From: Octopus sinensis
Lineage: Eukaryota
Reading direction: 5' to 3'
Length of the DNA: 61,784 nt
NCBI RefSeq assembly: GCF_006345805.1
Contig: NW_021835237.1
Span: 1-61,784, forward strand
A model generated the notes under the pieces. It ran no database searches, was not told where the DNA came from, and worked only from the letters and a program-made list of their open reading frames with translations. This document shows positions 13,321 through 27,169 of the stretch, piece by piece. Each line of letters starts with the position of its first letter. Within the stretch, counting starts at the first letter, position 1. The position numbers and the translations under genes are program-made.

Positions 13321-13702
13321 CTAGCAGTATCGCCCGGCGTTGCTCGGGTTTGTAAGGGAAATAACTATAAAGCATTTTTAGAGAGTTATAGCCAAAAAAT
13401 AGCACAAAAAATGGGAAAAAAAATTATGGTAAATTTTTTTTGAGTTTTAAAAGGTGGAGTTGCGTCCCCTAGACAGTCTGTGGTTTGTGTTTCTGATTCT
13501 CGACCCCATGTCGAATTTATCGATTTTTTTCAGAACTGGGGAACTTTCAAAATTTTCGCTGCGTTAGTTTTGAATTATGACATTGGGCTATGTGTGGTCA
13601 AGTTTCATCTAATCGGTTGAAAGCCGTGGTCAGGGTGAGGGTACAACCTAACAGACACACAGAAACACACACAGACAAACTGCCGTTTATATAGAGAGAG
13701 AT
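13321..13702 (+). mobile_element. Non-autonomous Helitron/Helentron-like element
   Basis: Starts CTAGCAGTATCGCCCGGCGTTGCTCGGG, contains AAGTTTCATCTAATCGGTTG, ends ACAGAC..TTTATATAGAGAGAGAT; assignment from recalled resemblance. Confidence 0.55.
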
Positions 13703-13784
13703 GTGTATACACATTTTATGGATATTCTCTGTGTGTTTGTGTGTGTGTGTGTGTCTGTGTGTATATGTATACTCTTTTGCTCTT

Positions 13785-14190
13785 TTAACTCTTTTACTTG
13801 TTTCAGTCATTTGACTGCGGCCATGCTGGAGCACCGCCTTTAATCGAGAAACTCGACCCCGGCACTTATTCTTTTTGTAAGCCCAGTACTTATTCTATTG
13901 GTCTCTTTTGCTGAACCGCTAAGTAACGGGGACATAAACACACCAGCATCAGTTGTCAAGCAATGCTAGGGGGACAAACACAGACACACAAACACACACA
14001 CGCATATATATATATATATATACATATATACGATGGACTCCTTTTCAGTTTCTGTCTACCAAATCCACTCACAAGGCTTTGGTTGGCCCGAGGCTATAGT
14101 AGAAGACGCTTGTCCAAGGTGCCACGCAGTGGAACTGAACCATGTGGTTGGTAAACAAGCTACTTACCACACAGCCACTCCTGCGCCTAT
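13785..14190 (-). mobile_element. S1 SINE
   Basis: Reverse complement of the S1 head, microsatellite and 3' body. Confidence 0.85.
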
Positions 14191-14344
14191 GTATATATGT
14201 GTTCACACACATATGCACACACACGTATACATACCTACATACATCTTTTCATTTTTTATCTTTTACTTGGTTTAGTCATTAGACTGCGGCCATGCTGGGA
14301 CACAACCTTGAATACATACACACTCACACACACACACACATATC

Positions 14345-14510
14345 GCCATCATCGTTTAACGTCCGTTTTCCATGCTGGCATGGGTTGGAAGGTTTGACCG
14401 GGGTCTGGGAAGCCAGGAGACTGCACCAGGCTCCAGTCTGATCTGGCAGTGTTTCTACAGCTGGATGCCCTTCCTAATGCCAACCACTCTGTGAGTATAG
14501 GGGGTGCATT
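14345..14510 (-). mobile_element. RTE 3' tail fragment
   Basis: Same conserved tail as 30650-31605. Confidence 0.8.
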
Positions 14511-14626
14511 TTACACATACATGTATATTTGTGTGTATATATATATATGCATATATGTGTGTGTATGAGTGTATCTATCTATCTATCTATCTATATATAT
14601 GCATGTATATATATATATATGTGTAT

Positions 14627-14657
<31 letters not shown>

Positions 14658-14740
14658 CACAGTATGTATTATATATATATACATACATACATACAACACA
14701 CACACATATATATATATTATATACATACACACACACACAC

Positions 14741-14838
<98 letters not shown>

Positions 14839-14891
14839 TACATACATATACACACGCACACACACACACACATACACACATATATATATAT

Positions 14892-14942
<51 letters not shown>

Positions 14943-15207
14943 GATTATAATATCTGATTGTAAATGACCAGCTCTCTGGAAACTGCATCATTCTAATGCA
15001 ATTATCTGATTGTGCAGATGATAAAGACATATCATGACAGACAGCCACATGCATGCATTTGTCTGCATTTACATAAACAACCACATTAGAAACAGGGGCG
15101 GGGAAAAATCCGAATAATTATTTTTATAGGAACGTAATCTCAATCCAAATCTTTATAAAAATGCTTAAAAGAAACCACTAATTCCAACATGAACATAACC
15201 TCCTGAC

Positions 15208-15260
15208 CTATGATGCAGGACAGATCAAAGTGTAGTTTCTGTAAACAGTCTTTTGTGAAC
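15208..15260 (-). CDS. Candidate internal exon, 53 nt (FTKDCLQKLHFDLSCII)
   Basis: GTTACTTTTAG acceptor, AG|GTCAGG donor, phase 2 to 1; peptide resembles the next exon (DCLxKxxxDLS). Confidence 0.45.
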
Positions 15261-15417
15261 CTAAAAGTAACACAAGATCAAAGTCTTGTACAAAGAATCT
15301 TGATTAGTCGTAAGAAAAGCTTAAGTTTCTATACACTGTGATATGAATATTCTAGATCTATTACTCCTTCGCTTTCAGGTCTGACTGAACCATAATATCA
15401 ATAATAAAATTCCACAG

Positions 15418-15850
15418 GTGCAGGAGTGGCTGTGTGGTAAGTAGCTTGCTTACCAATCACATGGTTCTGGGTTCAGTCTCATTGCATGGCACCTTGGGCA
15501 ATTGTCTTCTATTATAGCCTTGGGCTGACCAAAACCTTGTGAGTAGATTTGGTAGACGGAAACTGAAAGAAGCCCATCGTATATATATGTGTGTGTGTGT
15601 GTGTGTATGTGTGTGTGTGTGTATGTGTGTGTGTGTGTGTGTGTGTACGTGTACTTTTGCGTCTGTGTTTGTCCCCACCAACCATCGCTTGACAACCAAT
15701 GCTGGTGTGTTTACATCCTCGTAACCTGGTGGTTCGGCAAAATAATAAGTACTAGGGCTTACAAAGAATAAGTTCTGGTGGGGTCGATTCATTTGACTAA
15801 AGGTGGTGCTCCAGCATGGTCACAGTCAAATGACTGAAACAAGTAAAGAG
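15418..15850 (+). mobile_element. S1 SINE with internal (TG)n
   Basis: Full head and 3' body ending CAGTCAAATGACTGAAACAAGTAAAAGAG. Confidence 0.85.
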
Positions 15851-16468
15851 AATGAAAAGAAAAAAACCACCAATAACTCTCTACACTATATATCTCTCTC
15901 AAGCCACATCTTACAAACATACAGCTTGCCTCCTCTCCTTTTCTATTCACCTACATCTTTTGTCTAACAAACTTGATACTGTGTGGACAGTGGTGACGGT
16001 GGTGGAGGGGAAGGCGGTGAAGTCAAAGGTGTTGATGGTGGTGGCAGCAGAAGTCTGAATGATGCGAGCATGGCAGTTGTAACGGCGATTGTGGTGATAC
16101 TGTTGTTTATGATACAGCTTTGCAATAAGTTCCAAGTTGACAACTTATTTCATTGTTTTAATGAAAATTGTTCATTGCTTGAAAGATATTGTTCAAGTTT
16201 AATAAAATTTAATATATACATACACACCCAATCGGGCGACTTTTAGGCTGGTGTGTGTGTGTGCATATATATATTTCTTTATTGCCCACAAGGGGCTAAA
16301 CATACAGGGGACAAACAAGGACAACAAAGGGATTAAGTCGATTACTCGACCCCAGTGTGAAACTGGTACTTTTATTTATACATATATACATATGTATATA
16401 TGTATGTATATAATATATATATATATATAATATATATATATATTTATTATATATACATATATACATAT

Positions 16469-16527
<59 letters not shown>

Positions 16528-16529
16528 TA

Positions 16530-16790
16530 TAAAAAATTAGAAAAACCACCTTTTATCAATTCAAAATGAAAAATTAAATTACACCATCTAGAAAATTACA
16601 TACAATAAAAAAGTTAAAATTAAAATAACAATAAGATGTAAAGATTAAGTAAATTGCAAAAATAATAATAAAACCTATTATATACGATTTTATTATTATT
16701 ATTTTTTTGCAATTTACTTAATCTTTACATTTTATTGTTATTCTAATTTTAACTTTTCTAGATGGTGTAATTTAATTGTTCAAACATTAA
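16530..16790. repeat. AT-rich fold-back, arms about 95 bp, related to the element at 41740-41810
   Basis: AAATTACACCATCTAGAAAA..GCAAAAATAATAATAAAA is followed by its reverse complement. Confidence 0.8.
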
Positions 16791-18649
16791 AACAAGGGAA
16801 ATATAAAAGATAGACACGTGCGTGTGTATTTTATATTACCACCATCAACATATTCCCTGCATGCCTGAACACACACACACAAATATTTATTCGTTTGTTG
16901 CACATGAGATGTCATGCTGATTTGGCCAACTAATAACATTAAGGGTACATGTGACTCTGGCATTATCAGCCCTTTTGCACACAGCAAGTCAATGAATATG
17001 CTGTTTATAGTCAGTTGTACAACTGATGCACTCGGTATTAAAACACACACACGTGTGTGTGTGTGTGTGTGTTTTATGTATTTGTATACATATATACACA
17101 TGCTTAGATGCACACAAACATAGACATGTATGTATATATGTGTGTGTATGTGTGTATATATATATATATAAATATATATATATGAATATATGCATATATA
17201 TACATATATGTATATATATGTGCACATATATCTATATGGCTATATATATATCTATATGTCTATATATATATATAGATGTATATATATATATATACACACA
17301 TTCATATATATACATATATAATATATACATACATGCATATATATATAGATATATATATGTATATATATGAATGTATATATATATATATATGTGGTTTAAG
17401 CAACTTGTTGCAAAAAACCTTTTAATATAATTATATATATTTATATAATATATATATATATATATATATACACACAGACACATACACACACACTCACATC
17501 AATAAAATGTGTAGATATACCTGCATATATATATACATGCACATACACACACATATACATACACATATGGACACTCACATGCATGCATGCACACACACAT
17601 ATACATATATATATTTACATATATATGCATGTGTGTGTATATGTTTGCATATAAATGTGTGTATGTGTGTGTGTACATAATTATATTACTCTAATCTAAA
17701 TGGCCACTGCATGCCTCAGTAAACACTAATATTTATCGAATTTATAGTCTGTGTATGATTTGGCCTTAGAATTACATTAAGGGTACTTTAAGGGTACATG
17801 TAACTTAACTATTTGTACTATTATTCTAAAAGTTTGTAGGGCAGTTGATCGAACTATTGGAATATTAACTGTGGAAACCAGCATAGCTTCATTTACTTGG
17901 TTTATATACATACATACATGCTAAGTAAAATTACACAATCTATTAACGATGAAACAATTGTATAGAGTTAATCTATTTTTTCGTTATTTTTTATTTGTCC
18001 TGCCCGCTTACATTCTTGGCATGTTGAATTAATGCTTGAGAACAATTCTTTAGTGGTGGATTCCCTTTGCGGATCTATTTCTAGCGTTAGAGTGACCACA
18101 TGTGGTCTCTCTCTTATTACTTGTACATGCTTATGTATGTATGTATATATAAATTTGTAAGATATAAGTTAGAGGTTATGCAACCACCTGAGGGATAGAT
18201 GTATCCATAGGCACACCTGGTGTATTACCTCAGCATGTATGGTCTTTGTTATAAGGTATATGGTAGTAGGTAATTTAAGGGTAAAACTGTGGCTTAATAT
18301 ATTGAGAAGATAAGAAACGGAGCAATAATTAACAATGAGAAGTCAATCATTGGTGTTATTAAGTCATTGTTTTAAACAATGACTTTAAAATACTAATGAT
18401 CCACTTCTAATTGCTAATTATTGCTCCATTTCTTATCTTCTCTATAAATTTCTTTACATATTTGTGTGTTGTGTGTGTGCGTGTGAGTGTGTGTGTGTGT
18501 GTGCATATATATGTCTTTATTTTAGTTGGTGGGAGTCTTCTGTAACATGGAATATGTTAACAATATTTCTTAATCCACATCATTAACTGGCTGTTATAAT
18601 ATTGTTGCTATATATATGTGTAATATATATATATATATATATATATAAA

Positions 18650-18815
18650 GGGAAAGTTTACGAAAAAAACAAAAGACGAAGACAGGTGGTGTAAATAACA
18701 AACAAATGTATTAGTATAACGTTCAGGAATAGGAAAAGTCTTTTACGTTTTGAGCCTACGCTCTTCTACAGAAAGGAAGACAGAAAGAAACAAGGAGAGG
18801 AAAAAAATGTGTGTA
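18650..18815 (-). mobile_element. Family A hammerhead-bearing element
   Basis: CTTT CTGTAGA A GAGC GTAG GCTC AAAAC GTA AAAG at 18740-18775; 3' end at (TA)n. Confidence 0.7.
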
Positions 18816-18919
18816 ATAGATAGATAGATAGATAGATATACACACACATGCACATATATACTTATACATACATACATACATACATACATACTTACATACA
18901 TGCATATATAGGTTTAAGT

Positions 18920-20293
18920 TAGAGGTGTTTAAAACCTCTAAAGGATGGTTAAATCCAAAGTTGCCCCTGGTGATTACCTGAGAAGGTACAGTCCTTGGTT
19001 AAAAGTATACCGTACTTTTAACAACCGTAGTTTAAATTATATGCAAGAAGAAAATGGAGGAAGTTGGTCGTTTGTGCTAGTAAGCCATTAATTTAATTAA
19101 TTAATAAAGAAAAGTGGTAGTAATAGTACATTTACAGTCGTTTCTGTTTACCCGTTGTAGTGGTAGACATCATCAGAATCCAGAGTCATATGTAGAGGTA
19201 AGAAGAGTGAAAAACTTAGGGATACATTGGTAATGAGAATAAAGACAAAGAATGGTGAGGCTTACATTGTAGTAGATTTCTTAGTTGATAATTCTGCTGC
19301 AGATTGGATGTAGGATGGAGGTTATTTTGATCTGTTATCCCAAGTTAAACTAAGTGCATATTTTCCACGTGTTTACTCTCGCTAGACTTTTCACCGGCGG
19401 TGTAAAGAAAGAGGGTTAACTCTAACTCATGGGGCTAACTCTATCCAGATTACTCAGTTAGGGGTGAGTGAGGAATTTATGTGTCTTTGAGACTTAAAGT
19501 TGTAGGAAGTTTGTAGTAATGGAGGAAGCCCTGTGTAGGTGTAAAATAATTTATTATGGGGTGTGTAAAGCGAGTGGATGTTTGCATGTAAGTAGTTTAA
19601 GTGGTTCCCAGTTAAATGGGATTATTTAGATGAAGGTGCTAGCATAGGTTTTGTACAGGGTCAAGTGGGTTTACCGATTCTTGGAAAAGACAAAGAGGCC
19701 TATATGTAGAGCTCCTTTCTCACATGTCTTTGCCTTTTATCATGCTCACTTTCCCTCCACTTTTCACTTCACTGTGTCACTGTCATTTTTTTCTCACCCC
19801 TCCTTAATTCTTCTGTCCCTCTGCTTCTACTTCTCTCTCTTCTTTTCCCACATGACCGGCGTTCGGCCAAGCCTGTTCTTTCTTTCTTGGTCTGGCCGTT
19901 GTCCGATGCAATATCGATATTCCTCCTGTGTTTGTGAATCTTGTATTCCTGCCATAAGGCTTCATTTCCACATACACACCAGCTTAATTTTATTCATCCT
20001 TAGTCGAAAGACACCTGTTGTTATTTTTATTTTTATTTTTATTGAATTTGTGTAACATTCTCCGTTTTTTTCTGTCCTTGTTTTTGTATACATTCGGTGC
20101 TTTCTTCCAAGGAATCTGATGCTCTTAGATTAGTTTTTCCTTGGGGCTGGCCAGATTGGTGCAATCTCAAGTATAATCAGCTGAAATAGCGAAGATAATC
20201 TGGTACTTGACTGAGGAAAGAAAACTTTGAATGATCCGCCCTTCTTTTCTTTGTATCTTCTATCTAGACGTTTTGTGTTCTTGTCCCATTTTG

Positions 20294-20300
<7 letters not shown>
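18920..20300. mobile_element. Heavily decayed Penelope-like remnant
   Basis: Minus-strand fragments resembling PKIHKP, KDT..FL and a DD motif; CTGAGGA-containing decayed hammerhead-like tail near 20211 ending at (TA)n. Confidence 0.35.
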
Positions 20301-20330
<30 letters not shown>

Positions 20331-20371
20331 GTATGTATGTATATATATATATATATCTATATACATGTATG

Positions 20372-20424
<53 letters not shown>

Positions 20425-20430
20425 TGTATG

Positions 20431-20462
<32 letters not shown>

Positions 20463-20479
20463 TATATATACATATACTA

Positions 20480-20720
20480 TGTAAAAGAGTACTTGATCAG
20501 CTAAGTGAGTGAAGATAAGCTTATAATAAAAAACCACAAGTCTTGTTATTACACTTACCCAGGGTTTCCTGGTCAAAACAACAATCTATTCCATCATTTA
20601 TCAAGCTGAAAACAAGACCGTCTGTCAGTTGTCCTTTGAGCTGATAACATTTCAATATGAGACACTAAAAACTTAGATAAAAAAAAAACCCCAAAAGGCA
20701 CAAGGGAGATAACCAACATT
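20480..20720. mobile_element. Family C element end (AGTACTTGATCAGCTAA..TACCCAGGGTTTCC)
   Basis: Homologous to 22165-22260. Confidence 0.6.
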
Positions 20721-21508
20721 ACAATAATTCGATGTCAAACAGATATAAACAAGATGTTAATGGTTTACTTAGTGTCTGGTGGCCTACTTTCAAATTGAAA
20801 CAATATGTATTTCCTGAAATATGGAGATACAGGAAGAAAAATCTTGTCCCTTGAACTTATGTATTCATTGGAGGTTCTCAAGTATTTTAGGAGATACAGT
20901 TTTCCACGAGAAGATACTGATCATGCTTTGGACTCATAGATGTACGTGTGTATATATATGTGTGTAGAGTATTTATATATATATATATATATATACACAC
21001 ACATATATGCACACACACACATATACATACACACATGCACACACATACATACATGCATTATAATATATATGTATATATAAATGGATACATACCACACAGA
21101 TACAAATATCTTTGTGTGTGTGTGTGTGTGTGTGTATGATCTATATATATATATCTAATATATATATATATATATATAATATTGTGTGTCTATAGATATG
21201 TCATTGTATGGAATAAGAGAGGAAAATTGAGAAATTCAAGTAATTGAGAATTATATATATATATATATATATATCTAGATAGATAGATAGATAGATAAAC
21301 AGATATATATATATATATATATATTATATAAAGGGAGAGAGAGAGAGAGAGACAGTGCAAGCGAGAGAAGGTTCGTGGGCACTTAGTTACATACGGAGAA
21401 ACAGATTGAAAGTATTTAAAGGTAAAGTGAAACAGCAAAACAAAGGAAAAAAAACGATAGCAAAATAGAAACAACAAATCAAAAGCAAACAAATAAAAGA
21501 TGAAGATT

Positions 21509-21539
<31 letters not shown>

Positions 21540-21787
21540 TGGAAAAGAGGGAAAGACAAAAAAAAATGAGAGAGAGAGAGAAAGAACTGTATTGTTCAAC
21601 TGGAATAAAATAATTCAAGAAAATTTTGCCATTCATTCTTTTCTAGAGTCTTCTATTGCCTCTTTATGTCTATTTCCTCAATTTCAGTACATACCAAAAG
21701 TTATGCTATAATATTTGTGCCCACTTACACACACCGTACACTTACACACACAATAATACACTTCTATGCTTTCAAACTGTAACTTGC

Positions 21788-21844
21788 CTAATGGTACTTT
21801 TCTTGTTAGACAAAGTAGAGACTTGCTGAAGTATTACCAACTTC
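21788..21844 (-). CDS. Candidate internal exon, 57 nt (KLVILQQVSTLSNKKSTI) with GC donor
   Basis: Strong TATTTTATTTTCTAG acceptor; only one frame open; AG|GCAAGT donor gives the phase 2 needed by the next exon. Confidence 0.45.
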
Positions 21845-22026
21845 CTAGAAAATAAAATACAGTCTAAATACAGTCTTTACATTGAATTTTAGTTTTAAAG
21901 TTTCTGCATTTTCAACACCACATTTCTTTCTCCTTCCATTTTTGTTATTGAAAATACATATGTATATACCCTGCCACACACACGCACATTTGTGTATAAG
22001 TGTGTGTATATGCATAATTATATATA

Positions 22027-22060
<34 letters not shown>

Positions 22061-22164
22061 CATACATACATACATGCATATATATATATATATATACGCA
22101 CATATATTCATATATACATACATACATGCGTTTATATATGTTATGTGCTAATGCGTCAATCAGT

Positions 22165-22600
22165 AGAAAAGTACTTGATCAGCTAATAGAGTAAAGATAA
22201 TCTTATAACAAAAAAACACATATCTTGTAAATACAGCTACCCAGGGTTTCCCCGGTTGAAATAATTGACCGTTATTAAGACAATAGCTCTTGTTTAAATA
22301 ACGGTCAATCACGCAGTAATTTTCCTTTGTATAATGGTCATTTTCATAGCACTTTTTTCAATGACCAGATAACTGAAGAGATGGCGGCATGGATTTCCAC
22401 CCCAGCATCCGAAACTCGGCGTGGAAATCCACGCCACCATCTCTTCTTCAGCTATCTGGCCATTGGAAAAGTGCTATGAAAATGACCATTATACAAAGGG
22501 AAATTATGTGATTGACTGTTATTACGACAAAAGAGCTATTTGAATGACTGCTAAGCATGGATTTCCACCCCAGTATCCGAATAATTGTCACATTACATGT
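22165..22600. mobile_element. Family C element with long hairpin (22280-22542) and decayed hammerhead
   Basis: Arms about 120 bp around loop 22401-22420; CTGAAGA GATG..CATCC GAAAC. Confidence 0.7.
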
Positions 22601-22668
22601 ACAGATAAATTTCTCTATTTACATAATATCGGGGTCTCTTTCATTCTTTTGCTGTCTTACCATTTTTA

Positions 22669-22701
<33 letters not shown>

Positions 22702-22849
22702 GTGCTTACATTCATACTTGCAACTGTACATTACAATTTTATTAATGTCTAGAGTAAGATGGGATTACACCTCTGGAAAACAGTTTTGTTCAATCAACTT
22801 TTAGTTCTATTATAAATGTCAGTAGATAAAGAAGATATGCACGTCTATA

Positions 22850-23000
22850 TGTGGCTGTGTGGTAAGAAGCTTGCTTGCTAACCACACGGTTCCCGGTTCA
22901 CTCCTATTGTGTGGCACCTTGGACAAGTGTCTTCTACTATAGTCTCAGGGCAATCAAAACCTTGTGAGCGGATTTTGTAGATGGAAACTGAAGGAAACCC
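22850..23000 (+). mobile_element. S1 SINE head
   Basis: GTGGCTGTGTGGTAAGAAGC..GGAAACTGAAG. Confidence 0.75.
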
Positions 23001-23104
23001 ATACTCACTTACACACACATATACATAAACACATGCATTAATATATATACACATGAATAATGTATGTATATGCATGTATAGATATGATGTATGTATATCC
23101 ATAT

Positions 23105-23510
23105 ATCATCTTCAACATTGTTTAACATCCGTTTTCCGCACTAGCATGGGTTGGATGGTTCGATTGGGGTCTGGGAAGCTAGAAGGCTGCACCAGGCTCC
23201 AGTCTGATCTGGCAGTGTTTCTACAGCTGGATGCCCTTTATAACGCCAACCACTCCGTGAGTGTAGTGGGTGCTTTTTACGTGCCACTGGTACAGGGGCC
23301 AGGGAAGTCTGGCAGTGGCCACAATCGGTTGGTGCTTTTTATGTGCCACCGGCACGGAAGCCAGTCAAGGTGGTGCTGGCATTGGCCACGTTCAGATGGT
23401 ACTTTTTATGTGCCACTGGCACAGAAGCCAGTCAAGGCGGCGCTGGCATTGGCCACGTTCAGATGGTGCTTTTTATGTGCCACCGGCACAGGTGTCACAA
23501 CTACTATTTC
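23105..23510 (-). mobile_element. RTE 3' end with several GC-rich modules
   Basis: Conserved tail plus repeated GGTGCTTTTTATGTGCCAC. Confidence 0.85.
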
Positions 23511-24372
23511 TATTGATATTTATTTCGATATGCTTGTGCAGTTATATTCAAATGGTATGACCACTTATATATCTCACTATTTGTCTTTGTCTTGTAAATT
23601 TTGTATCTTTCATACGTTCCCCCAACTCCATTATAGTTTTTGGACATTAAGCCTTCAGTATTCTCTGTTTATTTAATTTTGCATTTCTCCATTTTTCACT
23701 AGATCCATTCCCCACCCCCGACCACCACCACATTCCTACCTTCCAAACTTTAATAAGCTTGTGGGCACCTCTGGAATAAACAATATTGTCTTAGGCACCA
23801 AAATTATTAAGATTTTCAACTGACAACTGATGTGGGGTTCAGATGTATGTAAGTCTGTTTGAGTTGTCTTTCCTGTTTTGCCTATAAACCTCTTTCTCTT
23901 TCTCTATATATTGCCATAATAAAACATTGGACCTATTATCTGGCTAGCATAAGACTAGAGGTTTCCTGGATTTCTGAATTTTCTGTTCTCAGAATATATA
24001 CGTCTAAATATATACTTAAAACATAAAAAATAAACTATGGAAAGCAGAGAGCTAAATTGCATTTAAAAGATTCAAATTAACATACTCCTAAAACAGGGTT
24101 AATCTGATATTTATCAATCCACTTAAAATTTCTAAAAATACCTCATACTTTACCATTGGAAGAAAAATAAAGAACATGATTATATTTAAGAGTTACAGGT
24201 ACAAATATACTTCTAAGCCAGTATTATGTTTAATCTTTATCAACCCACTTGAAAACAGGAAGAACAAAACTATTTTTAACACACCATTTGCAAATTAATC
24301 AACTTCAAAAACAGGGTTTGTTTACACAATACAGGGTATAATATATTGTGCTCTATTCCACAGTATTCTCAC

Positions 24373-24413
24373 ATTTCTGGAAATTCTAGTTTCCTGGGAG
24401 CAGGATAAGTGGT
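24373..24413 (-). CDS. Candidate internal exon, 41 nt (TTYPAPRKLEFPE)
   Basis: GTGAGA donor; phase 0 to 2 fits the exon at 21844; needs the second of two nearby AG acceptors. Confidence 0.3.
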
Positions 24414-24677
24414 CTGTTACTGTATTCATCACACAAAGGCATGTAACTTTACTAAACATTATGGTCAGATCTTTCTAAGCTTTGATCGGGAATCGATCTT
24501 TCTTGTGTCTATCTCAACATCTATCCATCACTCTCTCTCTCTCTCTCTCTATCTGTCTGTATGTCTGTCTCTTTCTCTCCTTCTTATACAGCACTTCAGT
24601 TTCCAATCACTCACTCTCTCTTTTGACAGTCTCAGCAACAGACCCTTTTCCACCCCAACTATTCTACCCCATTCTCT

Positions 24678-24724
<47 letters not shown>

Positions 24725-24900
24725 CTTCCACCAGTTCTGCTTCCATCTTTATCTATAGCTTACCATCTGTGTCTACATTCACCTGCTATTGTTTTCTATA
24801 ATACAAACATACACACATTTATAAACAAATATATAAAGATGAATTATATGCATATATATGTGTATGCATATACACATATATATGTTTATATATACACACC

Positions 24901-25003
<103 letters not shown>

Positions 25004-25055
25004 ATATATTTATATATATACATATACATATAATGTATATATATATATGTATGCA

Positions 25056-25098
<43 letters not shown>

Positions 25099-25329
25099 GT
25101 ATATATATATCACACACATTCATACATATATACACACACACATATATATATACATAATATGCACACCACATATATTATATTTATATGTATATATATATAT
25201 AGTTTTTATATATATATAACTATATATATATATGCATAAACATATGAATATATAGTTATATATTATATTATATAATATATATATATATTATATATATATA
25301 TATATTATATTATATATATATATATTATA

Positions 25330-25372
<43 letters not shown>

Positions 25373-25407
25373 TATATATATATATATATATTATATATAT
25401 TATAATA

Positions 25408-25478
<71 letters not shown>

Positions 25479-26064
25479 ATACATATACACATACATACTT
25501 ATATATATATATATATATGTATATGTATATATACATATATATATGTGTATATATATATATGGACACACATACATCCACTGTGCTTCAATGAAGCTAAAAA
25601 GCAGTCTTTGCATAAAACAGAGATAGTTTATATTGATTTATTAAAGTTAAATGTCTATGCAATACATGAAAGGTTTGTGCTGATCATTCTTCCCATCAAA
25701 TACCATTGCAAATGGCATTTCAATAAATAAATATGAATATAAAAACCCCCATCGAAAACACAACAATCTGCATTATGCTACCGTTTCCCATCATCACTTA
25801 TATTACTTTTCATTCTTCATATTTTTCAATGAGATTCGACTTTAAACTAATTGTAATGTAGCCATATAGCTTTCTACAGGGTGTTCAAAAAGTCTCTCCA
25901 CAGTGAATTTTTTTCTTCTTCAAGATGTATTTCAAAATATGTGCAGACGAGTCAACTTATGTATTGTAAATGAAGGGCGACACCTTCAGCACCACTTATA
26001 AAGTTGTTTTTTTAAAGTCTTGTAAAGTCTAATATTTTCTTTTGTAGTCTTATACATCATCATC

Positions 26065-26360
26065 ATCATCGTTTAACGTCCGCTTTCCATGCTAGCATGG
26101 GTTGGACGGTTCAACTGGGGTCTGGGAAGCCAGAAGGCTGCACCAGGCCAGTCAGATCTGGCAGTGTTTCTACAGCTGGATGCCCTTCCTAATGCCAACC
26201 ACTCCGAGAGTGTAGTGGGTGATTTTATGTGCCACCGACACAGGTGCCAGACGAGGCTGGCGAACGGCCACGCTCGGATGGTGTTTTTTTTTGTGCCACT
26301 GACACAGGTGCCAGACGAGGCTGGCGAACGGCCACACTCGGATGGTGTTTTTTCTTATAA
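26065..26360 (-). mobile_element. RTE 3' end
   Basis: Conserved tail and modules. Confidence 0.85.
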
Positions 26361-27169
26361 ATATTTCTTTTGCAATAAAATACGCCAAGCATCCATTTCC
26401 AAGTAAGTTTTATCTTAATAATTCTGATGTGCACTCTACAACTATCTCTATTCCCCCTTTATTCCGCTATTCTTCTTCTTTCTTTCTCTTTTTCTTCTCC
26501 TCCCCTTCACCGTTCTCATTCTCTCCCTCACTCTTCCTCCTTGACTCTCTCATTGCTCACACGTGACCAGCGGCTATCATTCTTTCTTCCTCTTGCTTTA
26601 CAAGAGACAAGACTTACTTTTGCCTGTCTCTTGTCATAGCTTGTTTCTCCAGCGTTCATCACTTCACCTTGTTATGGCTTAACAGCCCTCACCGTTTGTT
26701 TTTACTGTTTTATTCTTACTATCCTGTTTTTGTTACCACTTTAACCCTCCGCAAAAAATCCCAAATTTTATTTAATTTTTACTTGCGGGAACGACTGTTT
26801 TAACGAAGTCGCATTTTGTCCCAACATTTGAAATGCAGTGTAGATAAAACAGGGGACAACTGATGAAGGGATTGCACTTTATTTTGCCAGTTTCGTTTCT
26901 CAATTTGTTTCTTTCGTTGTTTGAAGAAAAAAATGTTTGTTTTCCATGTTTTTGTTTTTTTAATGTTCTCGTGTTTCATTCTGTTCATGTTTTTCTGATA
27001 TCCTGTACCCATATATGCATATGTATATATCATCATTTAGCGTCCGCTTTCCATGCTAGCATGGGTTGGACGGTTCAACTGGGGTCTGTGAAGCCAGAAG
27101 GCTGCATCATATATATATATATACAACCACATGTGATCATTACAACTCTATATTTTATCGAGTTTTTCC

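Noticed and set aside
26855-26900. CTGATGAAGGG hammerhead-like half (similar halves near 18985, 20641, 53835, 58490)
   Set aside because: The GAAA half or stems are missing; too decayed to call.
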